A DNA stretch of 64,000 nucleotides from Coleofasciculus sp. B1-GNL1-01 (GTDB taxonomy: Bacteria; Cyanobacteriota; Cyanobacteriia; Cyanobacteriales; Coleofasciculaceae). The notes under the pieces were generated by a model. The model was not told the origin of the DNA. It made no database searches and saw only the letters and a list, made by a program, of their open reading frames with translations. The translations under genes were made by a program, and so were the position numbers. The DNA lies in assembly GCA_040220235.1 (NCBI GenBank), contig JAVJTO010000164.1. One strand, given 5' to 3'. This document shows positions 59,503-64,000 of this stretch, piece by piece. Each line of letters starts with the position of its first letter. Within the stretch, counting starts at the first letter, position 1.

Positions 59503-60150
59503 ATGAAGCTTGTGATCCAGGGCAAGAACATTGAAATCACTGATTCAATTCGAGAATATGTTAATCAAAAAATAGAAAAAGCGGTCAATCACTTTCAAAA
59601 TATGACGACTGAGGTGGACGTGCATCTCTCTGTTGCCCGTAATCCTCGGATCAACACGAAGCAAACTGCCGAAGTTACCATTTATGCCAATAAAACCGTA
59701 ATTCGTGCCCAGGAGAGTAGTGAAGACTTGTATGCCAGTATCGATCTGGTTGCCGATAAGATTCAGCGCCAACTGCGTAAGTACAAAGAAAAACAGCAAA
59801 AGAAAACTCATACGCAACCGAAAACAGGGGCTGTTATTCATGAAGCACCTGTGGTTGAGGATTTAATTGGCGATCGCACTCCCGAACTGCCCACAGAAGT
59901 CGTGCGGATGAAATATTTCGCCATGCCGCCGATGACGATTGAAGAAGCCATGGAACAGCTTCAACTGGTCGATCATGACTTCTATATGTTCCGGAATGCG
60001 AAAACTAACGAGATTAACGTTCTCTATGAACGCAATCACGGCGGATATGGTGTGATTCAGCCTCGCAATGGCAATGGTCATACCAATCATACCAATGGCA
60101 AGACTGCCCAAAATGTTGAGGCGGTAACTGATACATCAACAGTTTCATAG
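59503..60150 (+). CDS. hpf: Ribosome hibernation promoting factor (long HPF/LrtA)
   Basis: [36 protein letters not shown], and C-terminal domain [24 protein letters not shown] before the ATG at 59503. Confidence 0.96.
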   Translation: MKLVIQGKNIEITDSIREYVNQKIEKAVNHFQNMTTEVDVHLSVARNPRINTKQTAEVTIYANKTVIRAQESSEDLYASIDLVADKIQRQLRKYKEKQQKKTHTQPKTGAVIHEAPVVEDLIGDRTPELPTEVVRMKYFAMPPMTIEEAMEQLQLVDHDFYMFRNAKTNEINVLYERNHGGYGVIQPRNGNGHTNHTNGKTAQNVEAVTDTSTVS

Positions 60151-60185
60151 CATCTGTTATCAAACTTGGTGTCCTCTCTTGATTC

Positions 60186-60208
60186 TCCCCCGAGTGACAG
60201 GCGGGGGA
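60186..60208 (+). terminator. GC hairpin downstream of hpf
   Basis: TCCCCCG-N9-CGGGGGA; the U-tail is weak. Confidence 0.4.
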
Positions 60209-60212
60209 TTAT

Positions 60213-60442
60213 CTCATTTGTCATTGGTCATTGGTCATTCGTCATTGGTCATTGGTCATTTGTCATTCGTCATACTCGCTATCGCGAGAAGCAAGCTACG
60301 TCATTTGTCATTTGGTCAGGGCGGGTTTTGCAGCCAAGCTAAGGAAAACCATCAATATTAGTCCCTAAACCCGCCCCTACACACAGATACACCATGGTAC
60401 GTTTCTACCATGACTGTCCTCATCTCCCCCATCTCCCCCATC
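60213..60442. repeat. Composite repeat block: GTCATT(G/C/T) STRR, small dispersed repeat, REP-like pair (60318-60380) and CTCCCCCAT nonamers
   Basis: Directly visible; the same families occur elsewhere in the window. Confidence 0.85.
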
Positions 60443-60491
60443 TTTGGGATTACCATTGAGTTGGGACTGTAGTACATCGAGGATTAGTGGC

Positions 60492-62072
60492 GTGGCAAGG
60501 GCAAAGATTCTAATTGTCGAAGATGAAATTATTACCGCTCAAGCCATTGCTGGTCAACTCAAACGACTGGGTTACGATGTGGTGGATATCGCCAATTCAG
60601 GTACAGCCGCCCTCGCTAAAGTAGCGGAAACTTGTCCAGATCTGGTGTTGATGGATATTGTTCTCAAACACCGAGACATGGATGGAATTGAAACCGCCGA
60701 GCAGATTCGCAACCAATTTAAAATACCTGTCATCTATCTGACGGCTCACTCAGAGGCGGCTACCTTGGCGCGTGCGAAAGTTACAGAACCCTTTGGCTAT
60801 ATTGTCAAGCCTTTTAATCAACGGGATTTAGGGATTACCATCGAAATTGCCCTTTATAAGCATCAAACCCAACAGCAGTTAATTGAACGCGAGGAATTTC
60901 TCTCCACAATTCTCGACTCAACCCATGATGCTGTAGTCGCAACGGATGCAACAGGCGGCATTACCTATATGAATCCTATCGCCCAAACCATAACGGGTTG
61001 GTCGTCTACTGAGGCGATGGACAAACCCGTTACTGAAGTGGTACAAATTTTCGATGAAGCCACGAATACAGTTGTGGAAAACCCGGTGATACTGCTGCTG
61101 CGGGGTGAACCTGTGCCGAATCAAGGACATAATCGCCTGTTGATTGCTAGAGATGGAACCAAGACGCCCATCGTCGATCACGTTTCCTTAATGCGCCCTA
61201 ATGATGATGACATCAAGGGTGCTGTTTTAGTCATTTGCGATATCAGCGAACGTCGTCAAGCCCAAGCCTTAGAACTGGAACGGGTTAAACTAGCCACAGA
61301 AGTTGCCGAACGCCAAAAAGCTGAGGCAGAAATTCGTAAAGCTTTAATCGCTGAACAGGAATTGAGCGAACTGAAATCTCGGATTGTGGCGATGATTTCC
61401 CACGAATATCGCACACCCTTGGCGGTAATTTTAACCTCAACGGAATTGCTGAAACGCTACAGTACTCAGTTATCACAAGAGAAACAACAAACCTATTTAG
61501 ACCGGATTCAAATGGGCGTCAAGCAGATGGCTCAGCTTGTGGAAGAGGTTCTCACGTTTAATAAAGCCCAAGCTGGTGAACTTCAGTTTAATCCCGAACC
61601 GTTGGATGTGAAAGACTTTTGTCTGCAATTGGTAGATGAACAGCGACTGATGGTTGGCGATCGCTATACGTTGACCTATCATCCTCAACTCTCGTCTGGT
61701 GAAGCGGAGTGGGATAAGCAGATGCTGCGACATATTGTCACCAATCTCCTCAGCAATGCGATTAAGTATTCTGCCAAAGGTACTACGGTTTCCTTGTCCC
61801 TACGCCGCGAGGACGACACCCTGATCATCCAGGTTCAAGATCAAGGGATTGGTATTCCCGAATCGGAGCAACCGCGATTATTTTCCCCCTTTTTCCGCGC
61901 CAGCAATGTCAGCACAATTGCCGGGACGGGGATGGGATTGTCTATTGTTAAAAATTGTGTAGATTTGCATCAAGGGGAGATTGCGATCGCGAGTGAGGTG
62001 GGCAAAGGGACAATGGTGACAGTGACGTTACCTGTCAACGCCAAGTCGTCGTCCGGAGATGAGACCCATTAA
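60492..62072 (+). CDS. Hybrid sensor kinase REC-PAS-HisKA-HATPase
   Basis: KILIVEDE, DLVLMDI, GYIVKPF, PAS, SHEYRTPL, NLLSNAIKYS, GTGMGL; start re-called to the GTG at 60492. Confidence 0.93.
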   Translation: MARAKILIVEDEIITAQAIAGQLKRLGYDVVDIANSGTAALAKVAETCPDLVLMDIVLKHRDMDGIETAEQIRNQFKIPVIYLTAHSEAATLARAKVTEPFGYIVKPFNQRDLGITIEIALYKHQTQQQLIEREEFLSTILDSTHDAVVATDATGGITYMNPIAQTITGWSSTEAMDKPVTEVVQIFDEATNTVVENPVILLLRGEPVPNQGHNRLLIARDGTKTPIVDHVSLMRPNDDDIKGAVLVICDISERRQAQALELERVKLATEVAERQKAEAEIRKALIAEQELSELKSRIVAMISHEYRTPLAVILTSTELLKRYSTQLSQEKQQTYLDRIQMGVKQMAQLVEEVLTFNKAQAGELQFNPEPLDVKDFCLQLVDEQRLMVGDRYTLTYHPQLSSGEAEWDKQMLRHIVTNLLSNAIKYSAKGTTVSLSLRREDDTLIIQVQDQGIGIPESEQPRLFSPFFRASNVSTIAGTGMGLSIVKNCVDLHQGEIAIASEVGKGTMVTVTLPVNAKSSSGDETH

Positions 62073-62197
62073 GACGTATCAATTGATTAAGTTTTATCCC
62101 ATCTAAAAAATAATCTATAATTTCACCTCAATGGGTGATAAAGCCCCGTACAATATAGTTTGATAGAATCTTTTGAGGTGGAGGTAACAGAGCAATC

Positions 62198-62509
62198 ATG
62201 CCCGCAGCCGTTGGGACGATTGAAACGTTAGGGTTTCCTGGGGTACTTGCCGCAGCAGACGCCATGGTCAAAGCTGGCGCGGTTACCCTGGTGAAGTTTG
62301 ATCGCAATGAAAGTGGTCGCTTTATGGTTAGTGTTCGAGGCAAAATATCTGAAGTTAAGGTGGCTGTAGATGCGGGACTAGAAGCGGTGGAGAAAACACA
62401 CGGCGCTGAGATAACCGGTTACTACATCATTCCTAATCCCCACGAAAATGTTGACACCGTTCTACCGATTGAATATACCAGTCAAGTTGAACAGTTTCGC
62501 TCATTTTAA
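62198..62509 (+). CDS. ccmK3: Carboxysome shell protein CcmK3
   Basis: BMC domain AVGTIETLGFPGVLAAADAMVKAG; first gene of the satellite pair. Confidence 0.85.
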   Translation: MPAAVGTIETLGFPGVLAAADAMVKAGAVTLVKFDRNESGRFMVSVRGKISEVKVAVDAGLEAVEKTHGAEITGYYIIPNPHENVDTVLPIEYTSQVEQFRSF

Positions 62510-62657
62510 CTGAGTAAGGGAAGGGCAAATGTTTCAGTGACTCTCTGTCTGGTTCGCGATTAAAAGCTAAAGACAAAGAGTATGTTTCTGAAAAAATACC
62601 CATAATTCGTAGAATAAGTTTTTGAGTTCATTAATTCATTGATTGAGGAGATTGGCA

Positions 62658-63017
62658 ATGTCAATAGTAGCAGTTGGGTCAATTGAAACCAAGGGTTTTC
62701 CCGGTATATTAGCCGCCGCAGATGCTATGGTTAAAGCGGGTCGAGTGACCATAGTCGGCTATATCCGCGTTGGTAGCGCTCGTTTTAATCTGAATATTCG
62801 TGGCGATGTTTCCGAGGTAAAAACCGCCATGGATGCTGGAATTGCAGCCGTTGAAAAAACCTATGGTGCAACCTTAGAATCGTGGGTGATTATTCCCCGC
62901 CCTCATGAAAATGTGGAGTGTGTTCTGCCAATTGCGTACACAGAAGAGGTTGAGCAGTACAGAGAAGCGGTTGAGAATCCATTAGTCCAAGGTAGAGGAA
63001 ACGGGTTGCAACGTTAG
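62658..63017 (+). CDS. ccmK4: Carboxysome shell protein CcmK4
   Basis: BMC domain AVGSIETKGFPGILAAADAMVKAGRVTIVGYIRVGSARF; GAGGAG Shine-Dalgarno before the ATG at 62658. Confidence 0.9.
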   Translation: MSIVAVGSIETKGFPGILAAADAMVKAGRVTIVGYIRVGSARFNLNIRGDVSEVKTAMDAGIAAVEKTYGATLESWVIIPRPHENVECVLPIAYTEEVEQYREAVENPLVQGRGNGLQR

Positions 63018-63038
63018 GAAAATAAGGGAAAGTTTTGT

Positions 63039-63104
63039 GTAGGGGCGGGCGCGAGCCATTTAATTTTGGTATCTATTGATAATCTCTGCACAAAACCCGC
63101 CCTT
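63039..63104. repeat. REP-like inverted pair
   Basis: GTAGGGGCGGG...AAAACCCGCCCTT. Confidence 0.75.
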
Positions 63105-63213
63105 GATCAAAACAAGACAAATGACCTGAAATCGCCAAGCGATCGCGTCTTCCGCCTACCCTCCCCAAAGCCTGTGAAGCCAAGCGATCGCACCAGGGAA
63201 TCACACCGACGAT

Positions 63214-63468
63214 TCAATCCACCATGATTTGTCGCCGCAACAGACTCATCATTTCTCCCGAAGCACCATAAGGAATCGGTGGACTCCATTCCCTCACCTC
63301 CGCAAACCGTAAGCGATGCAGCGTTTTGATAATGCTGTTGATCCCTTTACGGGAACCAATCACCATCACCTTAATAAATTCTTTCTGAGAAACCGGATCA
63401 GTAGAAGCCTGAATAGAAACCTCAGCAGAGGGTAATTGATTCTCATTTGGCACAAAGTACGCTTGCAT
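63214..63468 (-). CDS. Conserved hypothetical small protein divergent from the XRE gene
   Basis: IGSRKGINSIIKTLHRLRFAEVREWSPP motif; AGGTG Shine-Dalgarno. Confidence 0.7.
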   Translation of the reverse strand: MQAYFVPNENQLPSAEVSIQASTDPVSQKEFIKVMVIGSRKGINSIIKTLHRLRFAEVREWSPPIPYGASGEMMSLLRRQIMVD

Positions 63469-63489
63469 TTGAGTTCACCTGATTGATTC

Positions 63490-63550
63490 AATGTGGTCTA
63501 CTAAGACTACATTTAGCCTAGCAAGCCGTGGTCGCATAAGACAACATTTA
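63490..63550. promoter_or_regulatory. Tandem operator-like palindromes between divergent genes
   Basis: AATGTGGTCT-ACTA-AGACTACATT, plus a second copy GTGGTCGCATAAGACAACATTTA 35 nt downstream. Confidence 0.6.
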
Positions 63551-63582
63551 CTTGCTCAGCATCCTCTGACACGATTAGAGGC

Positions 63583-63828
63583 ATGGGAAAAGCGGGACAA
63601 GCTCTCAGGCAAACATTAGACACATACGGCATCAGTCAAAACAAACTAGCCGTAACTTTGGGAGTTGATCGTTCGATGATTTTCAAGTGGTATCACGAGA
63701 AAAGAGATCCCACTGCTGAAACCGTGGTGCAGATTGCACAGGCACTCAAAAGCATTAATCCGAGTGCAGCAGCAGAATTTATCCGGTTGTATGTGGGTGA
63801 GTTCCTTGAGACTGAGGAGGATAGTTGA
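63583..63828 (+). CDS. XRE-family helix-turn-helix regulator
   Basis: GISQNKLAVTLGVDRSMIFKWYHEKRDP HTH; AGAGG Shine-Dalgarno. Confidence 0.9.
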   Translation: MGKAGQALRQTLDTYGISQNKLAVTLGVDRSMIFKWYHEKRDPTAETVVQIAQALKSINPSAAAEFIRLYVGEFLETEEDS

Positions 63829-63925
63829 AGATAAGCGAGCGATCGCCTCAGTTGCGGGTTAGGGTAAGCAACTGTAACCAAATACTTGCCCAAAGCTACC
63901 CATATTTTGACTTTTTGGGTAAGTT

Positions 63926-64000
63926 TTAATGTCGCGCCATCCGTTCTATTACGTCGCTAAGGCTATTAGCGCCCAACTCCAGTCGTTTTATCTTTAACCA
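63926..64000 (-). CDS. Possible 3' end of a gene entering from beyond the window
   Basis: Open frame ...WLKIKRLELGANSLSDVIERMARH*, followed by a hairpin at about 63884-63924. Confidence 0.3.
   Translation of the reverse strand, partial: WLKIKRLELGANSLSDVIERMARH

Noticed and set aside
60179..60361. 60-aa ORF with HLSLVIG repeats
   Set aside because: Translation of STRR and REP repeats
1..64000. Numerous short antisense or alternate-frame ORFs within long genes, and HIP1 abundance as a novelty
   Set aside because: Shadow ORFs without motifs; GCGATCGC over-representation is a well-known cyanobacterial trait

Overview
Chromosomal segment of a filamentous beta-cyanobacterium. Evidence: ccmK3/ccmK4, dozens of HIP1 GCGATCGC sites, STRR heptamer arrays and GTAG-headed REP-like palindromes; the gene content suggests a Coleofasciculus/Oscillatoriales-type genome (inference). 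Most genes are housekeeping or signalling: an RND pump, two GH13 enzymes, glgA, a CPA1 antiporter, TrkA, TamB, GDPD, an SDR, a STAND-WD40 protein, two-component genes, hpf and ccmK3/K4. The most interesting region is 17.9-28.8 kb. It encodes a two-partner secretion pair (TpsB plus a short TpsA), an exported TPR-CHAT caspase-like protease with an intact catalytic dyad, a DUF928 protein and a CHASE2 adenylate cyclase. It is headed by a 63-aa exported prepropeptide ending ...SD-FCIRFWGRCW, whose upstream region has a CRP-type box at class II activator spacing. Together these suggest a protease-matured peptide -> CHASE2 -> cAMP -> CRP feedback circuit (hypothesis only). Also seen: the 3' end of an IscB/IsrB-like (RRXRR) element, small dispersed repeats inserted in frame in two genes and nested in themselves, an internally deleted Uma2 pseudogene, a stand-alone DXCF cyanobacteriochrome, and an XRE gene pair with a doubled operator-like palindrome. 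No rRNA, tRNA or CRISPR array was recognised. All family assignments are from motif recognition by eye, not database searches.
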